From Squalus acanthias (lineage: Eukaryota): DNA of 64,000 nucleotides. Location: positions 113,772,001 to 113,836,000 of the forward strand of contig CM059431.1 in the NCBI GenBank assembly GCA_030390025.1, written 5' to 3'. Below are positions 1 through 10,535 of this stretch, one piece after another (the first letter of the stretch is position 1; every line of letters starts with the position of its first letter). A program made the translations under genes and the position numbers. The notes below the pieces were generated by a model that was given only the letters and a program-made list of their open reading frames with translations, was not told the origin of the DNA and searched no databases.

Positions 1-335
1 TTCCACTTGTGGGAGAATCTAGAACTAGGGGTCACTGTTTAAAAATAAGGGGTCGCCCATTTAAGACAGAGATGAGGAGAAATTGTTTTCTCAGAGGGTC
101 GTGAGTCTTTGGAACTCTCTTCCTCAGAGGGCGGTGGAAGCAGAGTCTTTGAATATTTTTAAGGCAGAGGTAGATAGATTCTTGATAAGCAAGGGGGTGA
201 AAGGTTATCGGGGGTAGGCGGGAATGTGGAATAATCGGATCAGCCATGATCTTATTGAATGGCGGAGCAGGCTCGAGGGGCCGAGTGGCCTACTCCTGCT
301 CCTAATTCGTATGTTCATATGTATGTATGTTCGTA
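1..335 (+). mobile_element. CR1-type LINE 3' end (truncated by window edge)
   Basis: C-terminal ORF2 motif (FKTEMRRN.FSQRVVSLWNSLP), 3'UTR 'ggctcgaggggccgagtggcctactcctgctcc' and a short tandem-repeat tail; same as 47350-48270. Confidence 0.9.
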
Positions 336-1438
336 TCTCTTGTGAACGCCTCCCCATCGAGGTCCTCATCTGAGTCCTGTGCAGCAGAACTCACACGTGA
401 ACTCACCCTCTGGGGAGCTGGCTCCCGAGTTTCCCTTTCCCCCTGGCCTTGCTGCAGCCCACTCATTCCCGGTGCATCATCCAGTGCAGACCCCTCTACT
501 AAACTTGCCTCTAAAGATCGCGTTGTCCCAGTATCTGAGGTGGTGCCTGCGGGTGAGATATGCAGTGATGCGGTGCTTTCTTCCTCCTCCTCTTCTCCTT
601 CCTCACTCTCAGTGGGGGGTTCAGGGACAAGCTGGTCAGCTGGTTGCTGATTACCTGATAGCATAAAGACAAAAGACTCGTGTTAAAGTGAGAGCAGTGG
701 GGCAGGAAGGGAGCAAGGAATGCAGACAGTATAATGAGCTGGAAAGTGGGAAAGGCTGTGGTGTGAGGGAGAAGTGAGATGAGAGAAGGGGAGGGGATGA
801 ACATACTGTTGTTGCCCCCAAGGGGGTCGACATCACCGATGGCCACGGTGTCCACCACCTGGCGCCCAATGACTCTCGGCACTCGCTCCTCCAGGTCTGT
901 AAGCTGTTGGATGTCTGCTTCACCCCCGCCTGTTCGTTCCTGCTCCCTCCTATTGTGGCCCAGCTTGGCCTGCAAGAGAAAGAAAAGTGTGTGCGTGAGT
1001 GTGCAGCTATGTGTTTGGGAGATGTGGCTGCCATAGTTGAATAACTGTGATTGTAGGCAAGGCGTGAGATGTGGATATGAGTTTTAGTAGGTGGAGAAGC
1101 TTGGTGGGTGAGTGGTAGGGGTGTGGTGGTTTGTACAGTGTGTACAGACTGAGGATCAGCTGGTGGTATGTAGGACTTGTTGAAACATGTACTCACCCTG
1201 ACCACCTGAGTGAGGTCGTTGAATTTTTAAGGCACTGTGTGAGAGTCCTGAGGACCACACTGCTGGCCGAGACGTCCTGAACCACTTCCCTCCACATTGC
1301 CCTGAAGACCTGGTGCAATGGCCTCCTGCCAGTGGCCGGGAACAGCGCTGCCCTCCTTATTTCGACTGCCGCGACCAATGCCTCCAATGCCTGGTCACTG
1401 AAATGGCGAGCTCTCTCCCTGGGACTGGGATCAGCCAT
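336..1438 (-). pseudogene. Harbinger Myb/SANT-like DNA-binding protein; exons 1438-1197, 969-807, 654-336(truncated)
   Basis: RHFSDQALEALV...W.EV...RTLTQCLK-FNDL (1-nt frameshift near 1225); exon 2 HNRREQERTGGG; acidic exon 3; GT/AG junctions visible. Confidence 0.8.
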
Positions 1439-1778
1439 AAGGATAAGAGGTGTAGCTGTTGAGTTGCTTGGAGGTCACCTTCAGAGCCAGCAATGTTGAG
1501 AAAGAGGTTGTGCAGAATGATTGAACCTCCCCTTTAAGAGCTGGAAGGAGCCAATGTGAATGATGAGTCCCGATTGGAGTGCACCTGAAATTGGTTATCG
1601 CCCTGCGGGTAGTGCCCCGCTCTCTATGTGTAGCGCCCTAAGTTAGGTGATTAGCGCTTGATTTAGCGCTACAGTTCTTACAATTTAGCGGGAGGTCAGA
1701 AGGATTAGCTCCTGGCGCTAATTCTCCAACATTTTAAAATTTAGCGCCCCAACTGGGGTGATACCGAAGTTTTAGCCC
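336..1778 (-). mobile_element. Harbinger transposon remnant (Myb-gene end), cut by the CR1 insertion
   Basis: Terminus 'ataccgaagttttagccc' at 1778, repeated TAGCGC subterminal motifs, spliced Myb/SANT-like gene inside. Confidence 0.85.
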
Positions 1779-2571
1779 ATTGAAACTGTTTTTTCGAAAA
1801 GCTATTCATCACAGAGTGATGGATTACCTTCAGGAAATCAGCCTACATTAAACTGCCAGGGGGAAAAATTCGGTTGCTTTGCGCCTCCCGTTAGCGAGGG
1901 CGCTAATGGGGCGCAAAGCAACTTGCGCCCGGGCGCGGCAATCTTTGCGGCACTCACGAAATTGACCAGACATTTTGCGGTGGCGCTAAACACTACCACC
2001 ACGATCTCCTGCGCCCGCAGATTGTGACGTCAGTCGAGCATGCAATGCCCCTGTAGCGCCCTAGACCAGATATTGAGTGGCGCCCCCTGCCTTACCGCCT
2101 GCCGCTAGCAATGACAGGTTGAGGGGAATGTTTTGCAGTCGGGAAGGGACTGGGGGTGCGCTATTTAAAGGCGGACGCTTCTGACTTTTTTTGTCGGCGA
2201 CATTTTTGCACTATGCATTCTGAGAGAGATAGAGAGAAACTTCTGGAGAGATTTAACGCTGTGTGAAGGAGTTTTGGGTACTGAGCAGCACTTTGCAGGT
2301 TCATTTTGATTTGACCTTCCTTGCATCGATTTAGAAGAGACTTAAGGGGGCTGCACTCTGAGCTCTTTCCCTGGGCCTCTCCATTGTTCTTTCATGCAGA
2401 ATTGATGTGCAGATCTCTGCAGGCTGAGATTCAAGGCTGCAATGAGCAGGGTGTGGATGGAGAGCAAGATCGACCCTCCCCTTTAAGAACTGGCTGGTGC
2501 CTGTGTGTCTGTGTTCCATTGCTGTGAGAAGTCGCACAACACCAGGTTATAGTCCAACAGTTTTATTTGAA

Positions 2572-2610
2572 ATCACAAGCTTTCGGAGCGCTGCTCCTTC
2601 GTCAGGTGAA
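2572..2610 (-). ncRNA. Minimal type I hammerhead ribozyme motif of the Penelope 3' region
   Basis: Minus strand UCAC-CUGACGA-A-GGAGC-agc-GCUCC-GAA-AGCU-U-GUGA: core boxes, 5-bp stem II, 4-bp stem I, palindromic AGCU in place of stem III. Confidence 0.8.
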
Positions 2611-2897
2611 GTGAAGAGATGCATATAGGTACAGCATATATAGTCAGAGAATACTGCCAGATGATTACAGTTAATCTTTCTAACTGCCCTTTATCACACC
2701 TCGGCAGAGAGATAATCATGGCAATCAAAGGTGTGGATGGTGTCCAAACAGGTCAGTCAGGAAAACATTACATCAAAGACAATGAGGTGGGGTCACAAGG
2801 GGTCAAATGTGGCAGATGCTGGGGTCTGTATGGAAAACAAAAAACTTTTTTTGCTGGAAATCACAGCAGGTCCGGCCGCATCTGTGTAGAGAGAACA

Positions 2898-2940
2898 AGC
2901 TAACGATGACTCGAGTCTGGATGACTCTACGTCAGGTGGG
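2898..2940 (-). ncRNA. Second, decayed hammerhead motif just after the Penelope stop codon
   Basis: CUGACGU-A-GAGUC-aucca-GACUC-GA(gtcatc): stem II intact, GAAA box disrupted. Confidence 0.55.
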
Positions 2941-2941
2941 G

Positions 2942-4920
2942 TTACATGTAGCGTGACATGAACCCGAGATCCCGGTTGAGGCCGTCCTCATGGGTGTGGA
3001 ACTTGGCTATCAGTTTCTGCTCGACAATTTTGCGTTGTCGTGTGTCTCGAAGGCCGCCTTGGAGAACGCTTACCCGAAGATCGGAGGCTGAATGTCCTTG
3101 ACTGCTGAAGTGTTCCCCAACTGGGAGGGAACACTCCTGCCTGGTGATTGTTGCACGGTGTCCGTTCATACATTGTCGCAGTGTCTGCATGGTCTCGCCG
3201 ATGTACCATACTCCGGGGCATCCTTTCCTGCAACGTATGAGATAGACAACGTTGGCCGAGTCACATGAGTATGTACCATGTACCTGGTGGGTGGTGTCCT
3301 CACGTGTGATGATGGTATCTGTGTTGATGATCTGTCATGTCTTGCAGAGGTTGCCGTGGCAGGGTTGTGTGGTGTCGTGGTCGCTGTTCTCCTGAAAGCT
3401 GGGTAATTTGCTACGAACGATGGTCTGTTTGAGGTTAGGCGGCTGTTTGAAGGTGAGTAGTGGAGGCATGGGGATGGCCTTAGCGAGGTGTTCGTCGTCA
3501 TCGATGACATGTTGAAGGCTGTGAAGAACATGGCGTAGTTTCTCCGCTCCGGGGATGTACTGGACGACGTAGGGTACTCTGTTGGTTATGTCTCGTGTTT
3601 GTCTTCTGAGGAGGTCTATGCGATTTTTCGCTGTGGCCCGTCGGAACTGTCGATCGACGAGTCGAGCGTCATATCCTGTTCTTACGAGGGCATCTTTCAG
3701 CGTCTGTAGGTGTCCATCGCGTTCCTCCTCGTCTAAGCAGATCTTGTGTATTCGCAGGGTTTGTCCATAGGGGATGGCTTCTTTAACGTGGTTAGGGTGG
3801 AAGCTGGAGAAGTGGAGCATCATGAGGTTGTCCGTGGGCTTGCGGTAGAGTGAAGTGCTGAGGTGTCCGTCTTTGATGGAGATTCGTGTGTCCAAGAATG
3901 AAACCGATTCTGAGGAGTAATCCATGGTGAGTTTGATGGTGGGATGGAACTTGTTGATGTTATCGTGTAGTCTTTTCAGTGATTCTTCGCCGTGGGTCCA
4001 TAGGAAGAAAATGTCGTCGATGTATCTGGTGTATAGCGTTGGTTGGAGGTCCTGTGCAGCAAAGAAGTTTTGCTCGAACTTGTGCATGAAGATGTTGGCG
4101 TATTGGGGTGCGAATTTGGTCCCCATGGCTGTTCCGTGTGTTTGGGTAAAAAACTGGTTGTCGAAGGTGAAGACATTGTGGTCAAGGATGAAGCGGATGA
4201 GTTGTAGGATGGCGTCTGGAGATTGGCTGTTGTTGGTATTGAGTACTGAGGCTGTCGCAGCGATGCCGTCATCGTGGGGGATACTGGTGTAGAGTGCCAA
4301 GACATCCATCGTGGCGAGGAGTGTTCCTGGTTCAACTGGTCCGTGGGTGCTGAGTTTCTGTAAGAAGTCTGTAGTGTCGCGACAGAAGCTGGGGGTTCCC
4401 TGTACGATGGGTTTCAGGATGCCCTTGACGCATCCAGAGAGGTTCTCACACAGGGTTCCATTGCCTGATACAATAGGACGTCCGGGTGTGTTGGCTTTGT
4501 GTATCTTTGGGAGGCAGTAGAAGTCTCCCACGCGGGGAGTACGTGGGATGAGAGCGCGTAGGATGCTTTGAAGGTCTGGATCGAAGGTCTTGATCAGTCT
4601 ATTGAGTTGGCGGGTGTTTTCTTTGGTCAGATCTGCGGGTAACTGTCTGTAGTGTTCCTGGTTGTCCAGTTGTCGGTATGCTTCTTTGCAATAGTCCATT
4701 CTGTTCTGTATGACGATGGCTCCTCCTTTGTCCGCTGGTTTGATGACGATGTTGCGGTTGGTCTTGAGAGCGTGGATGGCGTTGCGTTGTGCTCGGGTGA
4801 CATTCTGGACTGTCTTGTGAGTGCGGCTGATGAATCTGGTGTTGATGCATCTCCTGACAGCTTAAGCATACATGTCAAGCTTAGGGCAGCGACCCTCCGA
4901 AGGGGTCCAATTTGACTCCA
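2942..4920 (-). pseudogene. Penelope RT + GIY-YIG endonuclease, single frame with two premature stops (4864-4862, 3337-3335)
   Basis: KPADKGG, LPKIHK, GRPIVS, DVLALYTSI, GTAMG, RYIDD, YRKPT; then CKT*Q, VVY...YIGET, R.CMNGH, EQKLI, GLN; the ORF segments share one frame. Confidence 0.95.
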
Positions 4921-6684
4921 TTGTTCCATTGCTGACTGACATCACATGAGCTTCGCCAGCGCTCTGAGGTAGAGTCTTGATCCTCGGCATTAGCGCCTTA
5001 AGAGAGGTGTGTAGCGCCTGATTTAGCGCTCCAATCACCTCCAGGGGCGATAGAAGCCAAGTTTGCAGTCGGAGGCAATAAATAGCGCCAGGCGCCAAAC
5101 TTTGCGCCCGACCGATAATTGCGCCCCAAACGGGGCGATACCGAATTTCTCCCCCAACTGTTTGGGGCTTTTTGGGGTGGTAATGCTAATTCACTTACAC
5201 TGCAAATGGACCCTGCTACCCATTCCCTCTCCCTCCCACCTGAGGCGGGGTCCACAGTTGTGTTGTAAATGACCAACAGTATGCAAATACTCTGACCACA
5301 GAATGTGGGACAGAGTCATGGGGCACATCTGTGTGGTAACAGAAGTTCCGACACACCCCAGATCCACTCCCAAAAAACCTCCCCCAGATATTCGTCCTTA
5401 ATGTTTTTAAACCATAATGAAGTTATTCCTTTCAGTCGATCTTGGATTACAAAGAACCCTGAACCCCTGCTCTGGTGACACAACCAAAACGCACTAGGTA
5501 CTGATACAACAGGCAAGCATGACAGCATACATTAACACCAACAGCGCTCCCTGCAACCAGCCTGCAGGTCCATAATGCAAGCCTTTCAGTAAATCTATTC
5601 ACTACCACAAAGTACTGCGCATACCATACTATGAATATTACGGGAAGGACAGGGTGTAGAATGGAAATATTCAGTGAAGAATGGATTTGTCCTTGAGATA
5701 CAGCTTAGTTGACAATCCACTAAACATATCAATTCAGGTAACTAGGTTTGATTGTCAGTTAAGGCTGCCACTCAAATCTCACCCTCTAAACGAGACCCAA
5801 ATTTTTTCATTATGAGAGTTGCAGGGCTTTGACTGATTGATATTTCCTCATAGAGCAGTGACATACTACACCTTCATAGGAAAGAAACAAGTCATTTTAT
5901 GAAAATACCATGAAAGATTGCCACGTCCCTACATGCATCACCTCATGCTCATGTCAAATTCAAACCTATTTCACATTTAATTCAAGTGAAAAGTAATATG
6001 ACGGAGCCAAGGATTAAGAGGACTGCACTGGAAAGTGAAGGCAAAGTAAGAGAATGAAAGAAAAATAAAGAAAAGAGAAAATGAAGGCTTTTACGAATAA
6101 ATAAAAATCTGGCAATACCATGATATATCAAAAATAACTTTACCTAATCTATAATGGTTGCAAAGGAAAAAAAACATAGCAATTGCACAAGACATTGTAA
6201 ATGTAACCCATTAAAAGCTTGGTACAGGAGATAGACTTTATTAATACTTACACTTTTCTAATTTCCCCTACACTTCAGAGGGAAAGCACACTCTGTGCAC
6301 GCAGTATAGTGTGTAAAAATACACCAGGCATTTTCTCTATAATATAATTTTTTGTGAACTGCATGAGGAAAGATTCAAGCATTACCAATAATATAAGCTT
6401 GGAATAAGAGACACAGATTTCTTGTAGGATTGCAATGACTATATTGTTTGCTTATTACTGCAGAGAGCTGTTCATAGTATAGTTAGGTATTGAGTGGAAG
6501 ACCATTTTAATCTGAATATACTCAGAGGGTTCCAATGTTTCAGCTCTTAAGCAACCCTAAAAAACCTCCAATAATCAGAAATTCTATATATGATTCCACG
6601 TTGCATCCTCATTTTATGTGACGTTTTGTTTACAAGATAAGAGCACTGAAGATGAAGTGATTTAGCCTATGGAAATTTCTCCAT

Positions 6685-7030
6685 GCAGGGTAGATAGAGA
6701 GAAACTATTTCCGCTGGTTGGGGAGTCTGGGACAAGGAGTCATAGTTTAAAAATTAGAGCCAGGCCTTTCAGAAGTGAAGCTAGGAAATACTTCTACACA
6801 CAAAGGGTGGTAGAAGTTTGGAACTCTCTTCTGTAAACGACAGTTGATGTTAGGTCGATTGTTAATTTTAAATCTGAGATTGACAGATTTTTGTTAACCA
6901 AAGGTATTAAGGGATGTAGAGTAAAGGTGGGTATATGGAGTTAGGTCATAGATTAGCCTTGATCTCATTGAATGGCGGAACAGGCTCGAGGGGCTAAATG
7001 GCCTACTCCTGTTCCTATGTTCCTACATTC
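6685..7030 (+). mobile_element. CR1-type LINE 3' end
   Basis: RVVEVWNSL motif and the CR1 3'UTR hairpin/tail. Confidence 0.9.
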
Positions 7031-7426
7031 TCTTTCTCATCATGGCATGCATAGTTGCCAACATCCTGCTTTTTGAAAGGACCTCAGTATTTCCAGGCTT
7101 GATTCATACTGCTCCCACATGGGCTGGAAATGTGGTAGCTACAAAGAGGCAGCAATAAAATATTGAAGTAATGTAGCAGTAATAAATCAAGAAAAATAGT
7201 ACTAACAAGAAAATAAAGGGCATGAGGAAAGACTGATTGAAATATGGCAGCAAATCTTGTAATTGACAGGGCAAGATTCTGATCAAGATATCAGTGCCAA
7301 AAAGATAAGATCAACATGTTTGTGAGTCATCTGCTTTTCACTTGTCCATCAGCTTTTCCAGCAGTAGACTCAATCTATTGTGAAGACCACAGAAGAAGGC
7401 AGTCCTGGCTTCTTGGAAATTTTCCG

Positions 7427-8135
7427 ATGGGCAGAAACCTGATTGGAGGGATTCAAACATGGAGTTCCGGGAAAGATGGGCATGGATTTGGGAGGCGACA
7501 ACACATTCAAGGACTTTGGAGAGGAACGGGAGGTTGGAGATGGGGCAATAGTTTGCAAGGACGGAGGGGTCAAGGGTTGTTTTTTGAGGAGAGGGGTGAT
7601 GACGGCAGATTTAAAGGAGAGGTGGACAGTACCTGAGGAGAGAGAACCACTAACAATATCAGCTAACATGGGAGCCAGGAGGGAAGTTGGGTGGTCAGCA
7701 GTTTAGTGGGAATAGGTTCCAGGGAGCAGGAAGTGGGTCTCATGGACAAGATGAGCTCAGAGAGGGCATGAGGGGAGATAGGAGAGAAACTGGAGAAAGA
7801 TGCGAGTTCAGGGTTAGGGCGGGAGGAACCAGAGGAAGTTTGGCCCGGTGGGCTATGGGAAGGGAGGGAAGTGGCAGAGGCAGCTGATCGAATGGTCTCA
7901 ACCTTAGTGACAAAGAAGTCCATGAGCTTCTTGTTGTTGGAGATGAGGGTGGAGGAGACAGGGGAGAGGGGTTTAAGAAGACGGTTTGCAGTAGAGAAAA
8001 GAAGCCGGGCGTTATCTTTGTATTCCAGGATAATCCTGGAATAGTGAGCAGTTTTGGCAGACGAGAGCAGGACCCAATAGTGCTTTATGTGGTCCAGCCA
8101 GATCTGGTGGTAAATGGCTAACCAGTTGTCTGCCA
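7427..8135 (-). mobile_element. L2 LINE ORF2 internal segment (inverted)
   Basis: PTSCSLEPIPTKLL, FKSAVITPLLKK, NY.PISNLPFLSKVLE, QSGF motifs with frameshifts. Confidence 0.85.
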
Positions 8136-8981
8136 TGTCCGTTGCAATTAAATATTGGGAAGACCGAAGCCATTGTCTTCGGTCCCCGTTTCGTAGCCAC
8201 TGACTCCATCTCTCTCCCTGGCAACTATCTGAGGCTAAACCACACTGTTCGCAACCTTGGTGTCATGTTTGACCCCAAGATGAGCTTCTGACCACATATC
8301 TGCACCATCACCAAGACCGCCTATTTCCACCTCTGGAACATCGCCCGACTCTGTCTCTACCTCTGCACATCTGCTGCTGAAACCCTCATCCATGCCTTTG
8401 TTACCTCTCGACTTGACTATTCCAATGCGCTCCTGGCCGGCCTCCCACATTCTACCCTCCATAAACTTGAGGTCATCCAAAACTCTCGTGCACGTGTCCT
8501 AACTCGCAACAAGTCCCGTTCACCCATCACCCCTGTGCTCACTGACCTACATTGCCTCCTGGTTAAGCAACGCCTCAATTTTAAAAGTCTCATCCTTGTT
8601 TTCAATCCCTCCATGGCCTTGCCCCTCCCTATCTCTCTAATCTACTACAGCCCCACAACCCTCCGAGATAGCTGCACTCCTCTAATTCTGGCCAGTTGAT
8701 CATCCCTGATTTCAATCACTCAACCATTGGTGGCCGTGCCTTCTGTTGCCAAGGCCTTCAGCTCTGGAATTCCCTGCCTAAACCTGTCCGCCTCACTACC
8801 TCTCTTTCCTCCTTTAAGACGCTCCTTAAAACCTACTTCTTTGACCAAGCTTTTGGTCATCTGCCCTAATTTCTCCTTAGCTGGCTCGGTATCAAATTTT
8901 GTTTTATAACGCTCCTGTGAAACGACTTGGGGCGTTTTGCTACTTTAAAGGCGCTATATAAATACGAGTTGTTGTTGTTGT
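8136..8981 (+). mobile_element. L2 LINE 3' end
   Basis: QLNIGKTE, VRNLGV.FD, LIHAFVTSRLDYSNALLAGLP; tail ggcgctatataaatacga(gtt)n. Confidence 0.9.
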
Positions 8982-9068
8982 ATTCCACTTATAAGTAACT
9001 AGACGTGTGTAAACTGCTACTGCTTAATTTAATAAAGTCTTGTAGAAATTCACTTTAGTCTCGGAACC

Positions 9069-9259
9069 TTATTTGGGATTCCACATTCCAACAAGGGTAT
9101 CATCACAGGTTTGTTGCCCGGGACACCGAAAAAACAGGCCCCGCGAATTTAGCATTGGGACCAATGCCTGTGCAGATTGGTCGCAGGCCACCCCACTGCT
9201 AAACTTTGTGCCCGTTTTATGCCTGAAACGCAGACACAATGCATAACCATTTCCACCCC
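9069..9259. mobile_element. Harbinger-type MITE fragment
   Basis: Shares 'ctttgtgcccgttttatgcc.gaaa' and the terminus with 48765-49255. Confidence 0.55.
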
Positions 9260-9583
9260 ACACAATCCAACCTGGCTTTTTCTTCAGTAGAAAATTCCAA
9301 CACCTCAGTTGAGTTTCCAGAGGAACACATTACATCCCTCCCTTTACATTAGACTAATAAAATATCTTTTGTTAATTTTGCGGTCAGCTGCGAACGAACG
9401 GCATTGCCGTTCACCTCGCTGACAGCTGCCCACAGAGTTTTCGCAGGCTTTAGAGCGGAGACTTGCTCTAATTCGGGGTCTTTTACAGTGCCCTCTACAG
9501 GGGATCTGTGGCGTCTGTGATCAGGACAAGTAACAGCGAGGCTCTTCAACCAATCAGATTGAAGAATCCTCACTGAGACACGC

Positions 9584-10457
9584 GGGGCTGAATTTTTAAT
9601 GGGGAAGGTGGGTTGAGGGCGGGGGGCCTCTGAGGCAGTCGGGAAACCCAGGAGAACGAGTTTCCCGCAGGCCCTGCCAAATGCATGGGAAGCCTCTGTT
9701 TCCCACCCGCAGCCAGCCAGATTGAGAGACTGGCTGGCTCCGGGTGGGTAGGCCTACGGCACTAGACTGCTCAGAGGAGGGAGGGAGGGAGGGATTGTGT
9801 GGAGGCTGGGGGGGTGACTAGAGGAGTTGGGGGAGTGTATAAGCGATCGCGGGCCAGGACCAGCATGGTGGGGTGGCTGGCAAAGGATCGGGGGTGGGTG
9901 TGGGTGTGAAGAGGATCGGGAGCCGGGAGGAGAATGGAGAGGATGATCGCTGAAGGATGGGGGGCTGGGTGCAGCACAGGGAGGCTGCGAAGAGGATCGG
10001 GTGTGGCGGGGGTGGTTGCGAAGAGGATCAGGGTCCGGGAGCAGCACGTGGGGAAGTGGCCTTGTGGGGGTTCGTAGGCCTGGCGGGCGGAGTGGGAGGC
10101 CTCATGGGGGGTCGCAGATCGTGGGGGTGGGTTAGGTAGAGACCCTGGATCCAGGAGGTAAGTGTAAAGGCACTTAGCTCCTGGATCCAGCAGTCCCCAC
10201 CTTGCATCAGCTGGCGGGTTTCATGAGGCCTGCAAAACCCAACCAACTAAAGTTACATACAAATTGGAGATTAAAGCATATAAACAAGTATTTAAATAAA
10301 CGATCCACCTCCTGGCAGTAGGGATTGGCTGACAACTCCCCTGTCCCACCAGAAGTGGGTGGGTTGGGGTGGTTTCAGGTTGGGATTCAGATTTTTAACA
10401 CTTTAACCACCCACACGCCCCCAACCACCTGTTTTTTAGCTTAAAATTCCCCCCCCC
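9584..10457. mobile_element. Harbinger-type MITE, nested
   Basis: Ends ggggctgaattttt / aaaattcccc; G-rich internal repeats; related to 46484-47060 and 56429-58300. Confidence 0.7.
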
Positions 10458-10535
10458 CACTCCACCGAGTCTAAACCAGAAAGTATAAAGCAGTAAATAT
10501 AAATTAGATTTAAATGATGTACAGAAAGCAAAATA

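Larger units (their letters stand above)
2525..4921 (-). mobile_element. Penelope-like retroelement, 5'-truncated
   Basis: 13-bp TSD tgttccattgctg at 2512-2524 and 4922-4934; RT + GIY-YIG ORF; hammerhead motifs in the 3' region. Confidence 0.95.
1859..5155. mobile_element. Non-autonomous Harbinger element (~0.9 kb) interrupted by a Penelope insertion
   Basis: TIRs gggggaaaaattcgg / ccgaatttctccccc (14/15 match); TAGCGC motifs in both subterminal regions. Confidence 0.8.

Noticed and set aside
3335..4699. Telomerase, retron or group II intron RT
   Set aside because: The in-frame C-terminal GIY-YIG and the DKG motif identify a Penelope-like element
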